From contig NC_068991.1 in assembly GCF_001194135.2 (NCBI RefSeq), positions 8,690,930 to 8,754,929 on the forward strand: 64,000 nucleotides of DNA, given 5' to 3'. Under the pieces are notes generated by a model. It did not search any database and was not told the origin of the DNA. It saw only the letters and a list, made by a program, of their open reading frames with translations. Both the position numbers and the translations under genes were made by a program. Within the stretch, counting starts at the first letter, position 1. Each line of letters opens with the position of its first letter. Positions 12,049 through 24,507 of this stretch are shown here, piece after piece. The stretch comes from Octopus bimaculoides (lineage: Eukaryota).

Positions 12049-13577
12049 TGCACCAATGTGAAATGCTAATATTGCCAGCAGTTTTGAGAGCAGGATGTCG
12101 GTCGATGCCACCAATCCCAATACTTGACTGGTTCTTAGTTTTATTGAACCCTCAGAAGGATAAATGACAAAATTGACATTGGTTGTACTTGAACTCACAA
12201 TGTGAAGAACCACTCCAAAAGAAAAACTGCAAGGTATTTTGTCCAATGCTCTTAAAATTTTTTCAATCTTCTGCTCCCAGTGAAATATAATTGTTTCTAA
12301 TTTAAGCAGAAAACCAACAATTTTGCGGAGTTGGGGGTCAGTCAATGTCATCGGCCCTTGTACTCGAGTGATATTTTATTTGATTGACCCTGGAAAGAAT
12401 AAAAAACAAAGTTGATCTTGGTAGGATTTGAACTCAGAACATAGATCCAAAAGAAATATGACAAGGCATTTTCTCTGATGCTGATGAATCTGCCAACCCA
12501 CTGAGCTGAAATAATTGTTTCTAAGAGGTAATCTTGATCTCCAGGTTGTGTACTTTGCGATGATCTCTCATAAGGACTTGTGGTTCATAAAAACACATGT
12601 AATTTTATTGTCGACAGACGATAATTGTCTGTCGATGATGTAATGTTGAGTGCTGTTTTGCACCATGAGGTCAAGATTATCTTTTGGTAGAAGGAGTCAT
12701 CATCATCATCATCAAGAACAATGGATGTTGATGTTGATGATGATGACAGTTATGATAATGATTCCTTCTGTCATGGTTCTTTTAGATGTTTAAGATAATA
12801 GGGGTGAAATGATATGAGGGAGCTTGCCTGCTATTTCTAGTAGGATTTAAAAAGACAACGTAACTGCTTCTTCACAAGTTTGGTTTTTATTCAATGACTT
12901 ACTATGGTGGTATTTCGAGCTAACATTACAAAGGATGACTGTTTATCTACAGAGAAGTTATCATCATCATTTCCCATCCGTTTTCCATCCTGGCATGGGT
13001 TGGACAGTTTGACAGGAGTCGTCAAGCCGTGAGGCTGTGTTGAGCTCCAACGTCAGTTGTGGTTGGTATGGCTAATGCCAACCACTTTACAGTGTGTCCT
13101 GGGTGCTTTTTGTCATGTCAGTGGCACTAGTGAGGCTACCAAGTGACTTGCAAGACAGAAAAAGAGCAGGGAAAAAATGTGTATAAGCTCCCACAACTAG
13201 GTGAGTGGGGTGGGAGTATTTGGGAGGAGGTAGGGTTTTGTTTTTTAATGCCAGGTGTTGCGAGGCTAAAGTATAACAGAAGGATAAGTTCAGGTGTCTC
13301 ACTGTAGAAGAGATATGTGGCTGGCTACGGCCACCCACATTTTATGAGTGGGTAGGAGTAGCTGAGAAGGTCACGATGGTAGTGTTGGGGGTACCAGAGC
13401 AAACTAAAGGTTTTGGATGGTGGGCATAAGAGAAGATACAGACAGTGGAACAGAGGGAAGGTGAGTGTAGGTAGTATCATAAGAATGTGAAGGGTGGGGA
13501 TTAAAAGATGTTAGATGTGGGGGGTGGGGACAAATACTTAAAGACTGCTTAATTATTAGATTGCTTTTGTCAGGATT

Positions 13578-13935
13578 CTTTTACTTGTTTCAGTGATCTG
13601 ACTGTGGCCATGCTGGAGCACTGCCTTTAGTCAAACAAATCGACCCCAGGACTTATTGTTTGTAAGCCTAGTACTCATTCTATCAGTCTCTTTTGCCAAA
13701 GTACTAAGTTACGGGGATGTAAACGCACCAATAACGGTTGTCAAGTGGTGGTGGTGACAAACACACACACACATATATGAAGGGTTTCTTTCAGTTTCCA
13801 TCTACTGAATCCACTCACAAAGCTTTGGTTGGCCCGAGGCTATAGTAGAAGACACTTGCCCAAGGTGCCACACAGTGGGACTGAACCTGGAGCCATGTGG
13901 ACTGGAAGCAAGCTTCTTACCACACAGCCACTTCT
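13578..13935 (-). mobile_element. SINE-like dispersed repeat (family with internal CA/TA microsatellite)
   Basis: Reverse-complement copy of the element at 55357-55753 (GTGGCTGTGTGG...CCTTGGGCAAGTGTCTTCTACTATAGCCTCGGGCC...CCAGCATGGCCACAGTC). Confidence 0.75.
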
Positions 13936-14229
13936 GTGCCTAATACTTTCTGATACTTTTTTTATTGACTGCAAAAGGATGAACAGCTATGTTGACTTCA
14001 GCAGGATTAGAACTCAGAGCACAGAGAACAGACAAATACTCTGAAATATTCTATCTAACTGTGTAACGACTGCCCATGTTATATGTTGATATAAGCTGGT
14101 GTGGTGTGATAAGATGGAGATTTGGCTGCTATATCTAGCATGTTGAATGATGTGAAGAGGTTTCTTTTTCTGGTTTGTGGACATTGTGTGTCTAGAAAGT
14201 CATAGCACTCCATTGGTTATGATGTCGAG

Positions 14230-14580
14230 TGTTCCAGTTGATCCAATCAACGGAACAGCCTGCTCGTGAAATTAATGTGCAAGTGGCTGAGCACCCCACA
14301 GACACGTTTACCCGTAACATTGTTCTAGGGGAGATTCAGCGTGATAGAGAATGTGACAAGGTGGGCCCTTTGAATTACAGGTACAACAGAAGCAGGAAGA
14401 AAGAGTGAGAAACAGTTGTGGTGAAAGAGTACAGCAGGGTTCGCCACCACCCCCTGTCAGAGCTTCGTGGAGCTTTGTGTTTACACTCAATAAACATTTA
14501 CAATGCCTGGTCTGGGAATCGAAATGGCGATCCTACGACCGCGAGTCCGCTGTCCTAACCACTGGGCCATTGCGCCTCCA
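14230..14580 (-). mobile_element. tRNA-derived SINE (GGAGGCGCAATGGCCCAGTGGTTAGG family)
   Basis: The reverse complement begins TGGAGGCGCAATGGCCCAGTGGTTAGGACAGCGGACTCGCGGTCGTAGGATCGCCATTTCGATTCCC (A and B boxes). Nearly the same sequence occurs at 17418-17764 and 34749-34972. Confidence 0.8.
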
Positions 14581-16975
14581 TGCCTAGAAAGGATGTAACC
14601 TCATTTGTATAGAGAAGTTTACCCGGTTTTATCATCTACAACTAGGCCAATTGAGAGATGAAATTGCTTGTGTTGATAGGCTATCAGTCTAAAGGATAAA
14701 AGCTTCATGGGAGATATTGAGTTGTATCTAAGACAAAGATATTTAACTTTCAATAGTTCAAGCTATCTTGATGTAAACAGGTGCAATGGGAAGATAACAG
14801 CCTGCTGGTGTAAATGGGTGCGAAGAACATTGTTAGCTTGCTGAGTTAGATTCATATTTTCTATGAGTGCCATGAACATGAAGGGAGCTCTGTTATGCTG
14901 ATACTACAAATCCATTTCGATGCACATCCAGAACTTTGTTTTGCTAATGTAAAAGAGAATACGAATGCAGGGAGCGCTATATGTCTTTTTTTCTTTTTTC
15001 TAACCTGAAAACTGAAAATTAATGTTTACTTGAGACCCCCCCCCCCACATCATCATCATCATCATTAGCAATCACTAGATTTGCTGAATCATTGATTGTT
15101 GGATAATATGCCTTGCAACATTGGTTTTGGCTGTTTATGTTCTGAGTTCAAATTCCAGGAAGGGCAGCTCTGCCTTTCATACTTCTGGGTTTCACTAAAA
15201 TAAGATCGACCTCAGCAGAATTTGAACTCAGAAAAAGCCAGAAGAAATACTGCTACGCCTTTTGTCCAACCTGCTATCGATTATGCCAGCTTGCTACCTT
15301 CTTTGTACTACTACTACTACTACTACTACTACTACAACAACAACAAATTATGTAAATAAAAGTAGAAAAACTGCTTGAAAATATAAATGAAAAATTGCTT
15401 TTTTTTTTTGAGAAATCAAAAGAATTACCTCCCTTAGTTTTGTTTTAATCGTTACATCTCTCCATTGTGATAATTTTCATGTAGTCACCCGACCTGTTAA
15501 AAACTTGCAAAATTACCCTCGGATTATATTCTAGCACCCTAAAAGTTAAAAATAATTAAACAAGCTGCTATCTTATTCCTCCCTATACATCATATCATGT
15601 TATGTTGTGTATGTTGTATAGTTTGCTTGCTTCGTTGATGGCGTGCATGTTCAACTCTGGTATTTCAAACCATTTAGTACCATGGTGTACAATCAGTAAT
15701 GTTCACTGAGTAGAATAAAAGAAAATATATTTTTTAAAGCAAGTTATTTGGATATGTGCTACAAGAGATACAGTTAATTGCAAGAAATGAAACCAGTAAC
15801 ACAATTAAGGCAAAACAAATTCCTTTTAAATATTTGTTTAATAAAAGCAGTTCTAGATTCAAATACTGACCATGTTCTAGGTGGTCGTTAGAGCACTACA
15901 AACCGTTAATGTTTATTTGACAACTTTTTGGTTAATATTGGGTCAAACATTTATAACTTCTAGCATCAAAATGAAAGGATGGGCATCCATACTTGCATTT
16001 CTTATACTATAAAACTGTCTCCACAAGATGAACTAAGCAGTAGAACCTCTACGTGGTCGCTGGACTGGATAGAATTAGCAGCACGTATAGCTCACTCAAG
16101 GGGAACAACTTCCCTGTCTGGGAATCGAAACCGCGAGTCCACTGCCCTTACCACTGGGCCTCCACACAGCCACAGTTATGATGGGAACAATAACCAAAGT
16201 AGCGACAATAATACCTGAAGCAGTAACAATAAGAATTGCAACGACGAGGGGTAAATCAAGTGTGCATGTTGAATTTGTTTTTATTCAGATAGAAAATAAA
16301 TATATTAATGTATAAACAAAAATCCATTTCAGTAACAGTTTATGAATGGATTGTTAGCTAAATTACAAACGATTTTCAAAAGGATGAATGAAAGTAGAGA
16401 AAGAGAAGGAGGAGGAGACGGAGGAGAAGAAGAAAAAAAAATGTTGTTGTTTGTTCTTGTTATTTTCATTTATTAGAATAAATTAAAAAGACAGGAGAAT
16501 AAAATGAAGCAATATTCAAGTTCAAAGTCGAAGTTGGCTGGTTGTTGTGGTGTTGGTGGTGGTGGTGGCGACGGCAGCGGTAAAGGAGGAGAATGAGAAG
16601 GAGGAACAATTTATTTGTGTGTGTATGTGTGTGTGTGTCTGTCAGTGGTAGTGGCGAAGTGGGTGGAGTGGGTGGAGCAAGAAAAAATTTGGACAGGTCA
16701 GGTGGGGTCAATAAGAATTTTCAAATGACACAAAATTTCCAGGTCAGGGCCCTTTGTCAATTAACATCAGACACAGTCTGAAGTCTCTCACCTCCTTTTT
16801 GTTAAGTTACTTTTGTTTTTCTTTGTCTTTTTTTTTATTTTTTTTTAAAACTTTCCCCCAAATATTTATAATTTTTTGCTTCTTTTTTTCAACAGATTAT
16901 GAGTTTTCACAGAACTTTTTTTTGTTTTTTTCTTCAGCATGCAGTTTAATTAAGTTCCTAATTTAATCTTAGATG

Positions 16976-17040
16976 CTATTTCTTGAATGTATGTGGAAGG
17001 TCCCTGGGTCCTTTTGGGTGACCAACTCGATGGCCGAAAC
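16976..17040 (-). CDS. PTPN12: PTP-PEST-family phosphatase, last coding exon (CTH motif)
   Basis: TTTTTCAG|GT TTC GGC CAT CGA...AAG AAA TAG = (G)FGHRVGHPKGPRDLPHTFKK*. This matches the GFxxRxxxPKGPRxxP C-terminal homology motif of PTPN12/18/22. The symbol denotes the family, not a one-to-one orthologue. Confidence 0.85.
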
Positions 17041-17417
17041 CTGAAAAATATATAAAAAGAAATTTTAATTTTAAAAATTACAATAGACACGGCTGTGTGG
17101 TTTCAGGTTCAATCCCACTGCACAGTACCTTGGTGTTTTTTACTATAGTCTCAGGCAGACCAATGCCTTTGTGAGTGAATTTGGAAAAGGGGAAACTGTA
17201 AATTTCAATGATGTGATTGTTTATGTTTTGAATGACATTGTCAGGCAGGTGTGAAAGGCTACATGTAACCAGCTTTAACATAACACAGGTAGAATCTTTT
17301 GACTGGATACAGCCAGTTTAAATACTAAAAGGTTAATGAGGTACTGAGACCAATGTGACTGTAATATGTGTGTGTGTGTGTGTGTGTATGAGTCTCTGCG
17401 TTTGTGTATATGCGACG

Positions 17418-17764
17418 ACGAAGGTTCCAGTTGATCCGATCAACGGAACAGCCTGCTCATGAAGTTAACGTGCAAGTGGCTGAGCACTCCACAGACACAT
17501 GAACCCTTAACGTAGTTCTCGGGGAGATTCAGCGTGACACAGAGTGTGATAAGGCCGGCCCTTCGAAGTACAGGTACAACAGCTACAGTAAGAAAGAGTG
17601 AGAGAAAGTTGGGGTGAAAGAGTACAGCAGAGTTCACCACCAGCCCCTGCTGGAGCTTCGTGGAGCTTTAGGTGTTTTCGCTCAATAAACACTCACAACG
17701 CCCGAAACTGCGATCCTACGACTGCGAGTCCGTTGCCCTAACCACTGGGCCATTGCGCCTCCAC
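17418..17764 (-). mobile_element. tRNA-derived SINE, same family as 14230-14580
   Basis: Shares GTTCCAGTTGATCCGATCAACGGAACAGCCTGCTC...CTAACCACTGGGCCATTGCGCCTCCA. Confidence 0.8.
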
Positions 17765-17796
17765 CCGAACCAATATAAAATACAATATTTACTTAC

Positions 17797-17829
17797 CAAT
17801 GATAGAAATTTTCTGATGTTTGTGTTTCT
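17797..17829 (-). CDS. PTPN12: PTP-PEST-family phosphatase, 33-nt symmetric (phase 1-1) exon
   Basis: TTCCTTCTTTTTACAG|AGAAACAC...ATCATTG|GTAAGT encodes (E)KHKHQKISII(G). It joins to give IIGFGHR, like IGFGNR in PTPN12. Confidence 0.65.
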
Positions 17830-18453
17830 CTGTAAAAAGAAGGAAAATGAATTAGGACTTCATGACTAAAGAGACTGTGACACAGGATCTTGCTACACTG
17901 GGTCCCTAAACTCTTATTCAAGGACTTAGTAAGGCAGGAAACGTTTATTTCATTTTTCATGTTGAGAACACGACTGTTTGACAGTTGCTTTCAAGTAGAT
18001 GATATTCAAACAAAAGAAATCTTTACGCACACACACTGATAATAATTGAAGGGAGACAATTCATTTATAGAAGGGAAACAATCCACCCCTAATTCTAGCC
18101 TGCGTCTTCACATTCCATGTTATCTTCAAGGATTAGGTGAATGATGGATTAAGTTCGTCAAATGGAGAATAATGTTACTGTTAAATGTATTTGTTGTTGC
18201 TATCCATTAGATAGCTGTCTGTTGAAGCCAAGCACAACTGTGATAATGACCAGCAGCTTTTTGGTCAAGTATTACAGATGTGAGACAACTAAAATGGCAG
18301 CATGAAGTTTATCATTTTGTCAGTATTTCCTGATGAAGCTATCCTATGTTTGTTGTGTAATATGTTGTCTTAACATTAAAGGATTAAAACGCATCGTTCC
18401 TATGATGTATATTCTTTACATTAGTTGCAGTGTAGTCTTCATCTTGATTATTA

Positions 18454-18580
18454 CTTTCACTGCATTTTGGCTGTTGTATGCTCCAGCCTTCTTTAGGTGT
18501 CTTGTGTTGAACTTGGTGGTTGTTTAACACAAAACACCAGCAGAAGGCTGGAGCGTACAACAGCCAAAATGCAGTGAAAG
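18454..18580. repeat. 39-bp inverted repeat with 49-nt spacer
   Basis: 18454-18492 is the reverse complement of 18542-18580, with a single mismatch (18479/18555). Confidence 0.95.
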
Positions 18581-19088
18581 CAGCAGTTTGACTAATATAA
18601 GGACACCAGTTTGACTAATATAAACAGTATACGCAATATAAATTTCCCATTTCAGAAGTAGAGAGTTGTACATTGTTTCTAATTTGGTAATAATAACCAA
18701 AGATTGAAACAAGTGCTGAATCTTATGATCTGTTTATTGGTTTGTAGTTCTATTTCAAGACATAAGTTCAGTGGTATCCCACTCTTGCTCATTTCTTACT
18801 TGAAAATGTTAAAGAACAGTCAAGACATCTATGTATATATTGATATTGGAAGGCTTACACAGAACATGGGCTCTGTACCTTCCTCTAGACTCAGTAAATG
18901 AAATAGAAGGAAAAACATTCAAATGTGGAGAGTGAAGCCTGTTTATCAGTCAGGGGGACTAAGCCAAGTAGAATAATGCACGTTGACCATACAATACAGC
19001 TGTCACACTTGAACTTAAGACTATTTAGTCAGATATTCAGAGCTTATATTATTCAATGCCACAATGTAAACTGCCAGAAGATGCTTAC

Positions 19089-19116
19089 CAGAATTCGAGC
19101 TGTTCTTTATATGTAA
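19089..19116 (-). CDS. PTPN12: PTP-PEST-family phosphatase, 28-nt microexon (phase 0-1)
   Basis: CTCTTTCTTTTTCTCTTTCTTTCAG|TTACATATAAAGAACAGCTCGAATTCTG|GTAAGC encodes LHIKNSSNS and supplies the phase change the chain needs. Confidence 0.6.
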
Positions 19117-19691
19117 CTGAAAGAAAGAGAAAAAGAAAGAGTGAGGACAAACGTTTCTAAATTTAGTTTTTGTGTAGTTTTCAATTCTACACAAAATGCT
19201 ATAAAATTTGCAGGTTCTTGTGCTGTTACATAGAGAAGTGTGTATGTGTGAGATTATGTGCAGTAATGTGTGTATGTGCATGTATGTGTGCAAGAGGGAA
19301 TTGTGCAGGTGTATGTGCAAAGATGTAGGGTGTGTAACAGCTATACGTTTGCATGGATTGTTGTATATATGTTTGTAAACAGCAAGTAATAGCTTGATGT
19401 GTGTGTGTGTGTGTGTGTGTGTGTTGATGAGTGTGTATGTATATCTGTGTGTGTCCACATGCATGTGTTTGAAAAAAAAAAAAGTTACTGGGTATTGCCT
19501 GGCCTGTTGATTGTGTGCATGTGCCCACATGCAAGTGCATGCGTAGGCACATGTATGCATGCTTTTGACAAAAACTACAGGGGGTTCTTTGGTCTGTTGA
19601 GTGTGTGAGCAGTAGACAGAGATAGACAGAGTATGCGTGTATGCGTGTACACATGAGTGTGTGTAAAATGTCCTTAGAAGGTTTATCTTAC

Positions 19692-19756
19692 CATTTCCAA
19701 CATCTTTCCTAATTTTCCCGTATGTTTTTCTTCCTTTGTTTTCTCAAAAGGTTCCA
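19692..19756 (-). CDS. PTPN12: PTP-PEST-family phosphatase, 65-nt exon (phase 1-0)
   Basis: TTTTTCTTATCTTTTCAG|TGGAACC...GAAATG|GTAAGA. Only one frame is open: (M)EPFEKTKEEKHTGKLGKMLEM. Confidence 0.6.
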
Positions 19757-21322
19757 CTGAAAAGATAAGAAAAACAAATTTATTTATTTATTTTTTTTTG
19801 GTAACTCTAGATAATTTTTTCTACAGAGTAGGAAGAGGGAGTGTAACATGAAACCTCATACTTTCCCTTCTTGCAGTGTAATGTGAAAGAGCATGCTTTC
19901 CCTCTCTGCAATGTAACTCCCTAATGAAAGAAAGTTTCTTACCCTGCAGCATAAATACAAGGGACCGTTCCTTTCACTTCAGCAAAACACAAAGGAGCAT
20001 TCTTTGTAGTATAATGTAAAGGAGTTTTCCAAGCATTCAGCACAACAGAATATTCTGTAATGTAATATGGTTTCAAATTTTGGCACAAGGCCAGCAATTT
20101 TAGGGAGAAGGTGTTTGTCAATGACTTCAACCTACGTGTTCAACTGGTACTTATTTTATCAACCCGAAAAAAGTTTTTGAGTGATAATTACAATAAGTGC
20201 ATTGATGATGATGATGATGACTGTGGTTTTGGTAATGGCAGTTGTAGAGACTTTTTGAATGCAAATAGTGATGGTGTTGATGACATTGATAGTAAATTAA
20301 ATGAATTAAATGAATTTAAACAACAAACATTAAGCATTTCACCTAGCATGCTAACGATTCTGCCAGGTCGACACCTTAAATAAGTATTACATTAGACAAA
20401 ATAATCTGAGTGCTCAGTAGCGGCTCGTAGATAAAATTAGTGGGGATGTTGCTTCAGAAAATTTTTAGCCATTGTTTTAATATTGTGTAAAAGGAAACAA
20501 ACATATAAAATGAAAATTTATACATAAACTTGATCGGTTCATGTTTTAGCCACTGCTGGGTGGTGTGTTTAATTTGTTCACTGAATTCCCCCTTGTTTTT
20601 CAAAAATACCCCCTAAGTCACAAATAAGTGGGGAAAATATGCCCTATTTTTCAAATCCTGGCAACAACACTGAAGCTGGAAGCAGGATGATAATCTCTAT
20701 TTTTGAATGTGGTAAAGTGTAGAATTAAACACGTTTTTAAGCACACCACACATTGAGTCAAAAAGAAGCAATACCTTTCACTGGAACACCAGGGTCGGCA
20801 CTGTCATCCATGCAGTGCTCTCTCTCCCTAGCATGAAGCTTCCTATCTCAGATATGTGAGCATGTGCACAACAGCCAAACACCATGTTGCTGCTACTGTA
20901 AAGCACACAGTTCTATACAAGGATTTTTGTATTTTTTCATAAACTAGGGGATGGTTACTAACATTAAGCTTAAGGATTATATAATGTACAAGTATAAAGA
21001 AAGAATTAAAGAAAAAAAGGACTCGTTATATTGAATGTTATCGATAATATCGAGTGGAAATAGGGGGTGCTGTGAGGGCCAAAGGGTTAAAGGACTGCTT
21101 TGGGAGTCATCTAGGGGCTAAACAACGAGTTAAGCAGTCCAGTCAATTCCTGAATGTTGAAAGATCATAGAAGAGAACAGTGGTGGATTAACAGAAACTT
21201 GGGGTATATCAGATAGACTTCAGTCAGGGTCTCCATCCTGGACTTCCTCTATAAAAAGAAGTATCCATTTGACATTATGTCGCAAGAAAGAAAGAACAAC
21301 GGAAGAAACAGGAAGAACTTAC

Positions 21323-21371
21323 TATCACTTTTGTATTTCCGTGGTGGGAGGTTTGGTGTGAAACCAGTTTC
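21323..21371 (-). CDS. PTPN12: PTP-PEST-family phosphatase, 49-nt exon (phase 0-1)
   Basis: TTTCTTTCCCCCCAG|GAAACTGG...AGTGATA|GTAAGT encodes ETGFTPNLPPRKYKSD, which contains a PxLPPR SH3-ligand-like motif. Confidence 0.65.
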
Positions 21372-21984
21372 CTGGGGGGAAAGAAAAAAGAAAAAGAAGT
21401 TTTTGAGTGATAATTACAATAAGTGGCATTGATGATGATGATGATGATGGCTGTGGTTTTGGTAATGGCAGTTGTAGAGACTTTTTGAATGCAAATAGTG
21501 ATGGTGTTGATGACATTGATAGTAAGGTTGGCAATGGTGGGTGAGATTGATGAGGATGAAGATGATAACGACAGTGAGGATTAGAACGCTGATGGCAATG
21601 GTGATTCTGATGGTGATGGTGATGATGATTATGGGGTTGATGATGATGGTGATGATTATGATGCTGATGATGACGATTATGATGGTGATGACGATTATGA
21701 GGCTGATGGTGATTGCAAGGTTACTACAAATCTGTCTTTACATTTACAATAAAAACAAACTAAAATGAAATTCTATTTCAAAGTGAGTATTGAGGTCAAT
21801 AGGGTAAGCATCTTAGGGGACACTGTGTCGACTGGGTGTGGTTATTATGCTTAAAGTGTATCTCTGGCATCCTGTGTGGGTATGACCTGAAAGTGACATT
21901 GTTTTGCAGGGGTTAGGTTTCCTAAATAAAACAATTTTCTCTGAGTGCAGGTTGAGAAGCCCAGAAATTCGTCAAAAGGACAAA

Positions 21985-22090
21985 AAGCAAAGTCAACCTC
22001 AGTGGAATTTGAACTCAGAATGTAACGGCAGATGAAATACTGCTAAGCATTTTGCCCGGCGTGCTAACGATTCTGCCAGCTCGCCACCTT
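21985..22090 (-). mobile_element. Dispersed repeat (AAGGTGGCGAGCTGGCAGAATCGTTAGC family)
   Basis: The reverse complement is AAGGTGGCGAGCTGGCAGAATCGTTAGCACGCCGGGCAAAATGCTTAGCAGTATTTC...CTGAGTTCAAATTCC. Related copies occur at about 37900-38085, 38120-38205, 38690-38822 and 46425-46536. Confidence 0.75.
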
Positions 22091-22734
22091 TTAAAGTAAT
22101 ATTGGCAATTCTCGGAGAAGTGAGGGTTACACAAACATTTGGGAAATGTTGTGGGTGAGATGTAACCTGATTTGTCTAATTTCTATTATTTTCAGTGAAA
22201 ATAATAGTGGAGACTAAGAAAAGGCAGTGAGGTTTTAAGCAAAGTGCCAAAATACCTGGATCAGGACAACAGATTGAAGTATTTCTGCTATAAAGCTTTA
22301 ACTGAATTTGGTTTATCAAGCTGTCAAGCAACTGGAACCTACTGAAACTGTACTGAGTAAATATTTGTAAGTTATTCAGTTTGTACTGATTTTAATAGAG
22401 CATAATCAAAATTAGTCACTCCCTCTCTCACATGTTTACATACATGAATTGATACACTTGAGTTACATTACTACAAGATTTTTAGATCATTAGTAACCTA
22501 TAGAAATTAGTGGAATATTGAAAGTACTTTTCTAAAAGTTTAACCTGTGACTCAACACAAATGTTTAAATTTCAGTAATGACATTTTGCTAAAAAGAAAG
22601 AGGCTAACATTTTATTTGTATATTAGGCAAATAATTTTCTCTGAAAATGGCTTAACAATTTTAAAAAACAAAAGAACTATAATCTTAAAAACTGAGCATT
22701 TCTGCATTATCTGATAGAAAAAATGTTTTCTTAC

Positions 22735-22757
22735 CGTTTCTCCAAAGTCAACAGAAG
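22735..22757 (-). CDS. PTPN12: PTP-PEST-family phosphatase, 23-nt microexon (phase 1-0)
   Basis: TTATTTATTTGTTCTTCAG|CTTCTGTTGACTTTGGAGAAACG|GTAAGA encodes (A)SVDFGET and is phase-compatible with both neighbours. Confidence 0.6.
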
Positions 22758-23820
22758 CTGAAGAACAAATAAATAATAAAAAAAAAAATTTAATTTAATA
22801 CTGAATCATTAAATCAGATTTTAAAGGAAAAGGAAATGGCTATTATTGTTACAGGTAGGCAGTTTTAAAATATTTCTTGATCAACATCTCTGTTCTTTAT
22901 AGCCCCGTGCTAGGTATATGAGGGTGAAGGGTAAAGACCCCCTTTGGTCATGAATGACCATGGAAAAGCACCTTGAAAGTTCCCCTCTGAGGCACAAGTC
23001 CAGGCAAGGTTGTTTCTGGAAAGCCAGCAGTCACCCATGCAGTCCCATCTTCACACCACTGATGTTATCCAAGGGAAAGGCAAAGGCTGATACAGCTTGG
23101 CACCAGTGATGTTGCTACTCATTTCTACAGCTGAGTGAACTGGAGTAATGTACACACAGCCCGGCCCGAGAATCGAACTCACTACCTCATGATTGTGAGC
23201 CTAATGCTCTAACCACTGATCCATATACCTTGGGTATACACCAGATACACAAGATAGTCATAAAAGTGATGTAATAATTTTATACAATTATTGATTACGA
23301 CTACAGGTCATTGTCGACTTATCTTTTATCTTTTACTTGTTTCAGTTATTAGACTGTGGTCATGCTGGGGCACCACCTTGAAGAATCTTAGTTGAACAAA
23401 TTGACCTCAATACTCATTTTTATTTTGTAAAGCCTGGTTCTTATTCTATCAGTCTCTTTTGCCTAACTGTTAAGTTATAGTGATGCAAACACACCAACAC
23501 AAGTTGTCAAGTGGTTATAGGGGACAAACACATACCCAAAGACACACACGCACACTTGCATATACAATGGGCTTTTTTCAGTTTTTGTCTGTGAAATCTA
23601 CTCACAAGGCTTTTGTTAGCCCAAAGCTACAGTAACAGACACCTGCCCAAGGTGCCATGCACTGAACCTGGAACCATGTTGTTTGCAAGAATACTTGGCA
23701 CACATCCACGCTTGCACCTATAGTAAATCATATGGTACTTTTTGCTCAAATATTAAAATGGCAAAATATTTAGGAAAACAAACCAAAAAAAAATGTTGTT
23801 TGAGAATGTTATTAACTTAC

Positions 23821-24507
23821 CTGGGCTTTTCATGGCAGAGATTTCACAGTAAGTTTTATCAGATTCAGAAAGACTTCTCATGTGAGATTTGCTCACAACA
23901 GAATAAACATGATCATCGTTGTTTTTAGAATTATCTGCTGCCTTACCATGACCGGACATCGTCAAAGACTTTGCCTTGGAGGATGGCATTTCAGAATTCA
24001 TCAGGGCAGCTGCTCCTTTTACACACGGTACTAATTCTTGGTAGGGTGACCGAGAATTATTGCCGTTAAACTGAAGGTGGTCATATCTAGGTGAAACTGG
24101 TGGTGCTTTAGTTGGGATCACATGTCTGTCAAGGTTAGAAATTGTGTCTTGTGAAGATAAATTTTGAGCCTCTTCTTGATTGCCAGCTGATATGCATGTC
24201 ATAAATTTCTTGGTATCTTCGGAAGTATTATTTACATTAGAATATATCCCGCTTGAAGTGACCTTCCATTCTTGCTCAATTGGAGTAACTGGTCTGCAAG
24301 TCAGGGAATTTGAATAAAGTGCAGGACTGGGAGTTCTTTGGGTTGGTGAGAGATTTTGTGGGGACATTTCAACAGGAGATAAACTATTCGAGGTACATTG
24401 TTCAGGGGTTACAGTTAGGTTTTCTGGCTTCTTTTTCCTCTCAGGTGGCAGGGGTGTTTCTTGGCGGGGTTTGCTTTCATAAACAGGAAATGTTGAAATG
24501 GAATTTT
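23821..24507 (-). CDS. PTPN12: PTP-PEST-family phosphatase, 687-nt exon (Pro/Ser/Thr-rich PEST-like region)
   Basis: Lies inside ORF 23753-24517. Acceptor TTTTCTTTGTATTTAG|AAAAT and donor CCCAG|GTAAGT. Encodes NSISTFPVYESKPRQETPLPPERKK...VYSVVSK...AMKSP. Confidence 0.8.

Noticed and set aside
13140-13520. Purine-rich stretch that might be a decayed CR1/L2 LINE 3' region (similar impression at 28480-29010)
   Set aside because: Only a vague resemblance after frameshifts; cannot be supported without a profile search.
18380-18540. Minus-strand open stretch LNNHQ...DEDYTATNV overlapping one hairpin arm, which would make an exon/ECS recoding pair
   Set aside because: No phase-compatible acceptor or donor, and the exon chain closes without it.
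22196-22367. Plus-strand AG...GTAAGT exon-like segment
   Set aside because: All three frames contain stops and there is no partner exon; at most a non-coding antisense exon.
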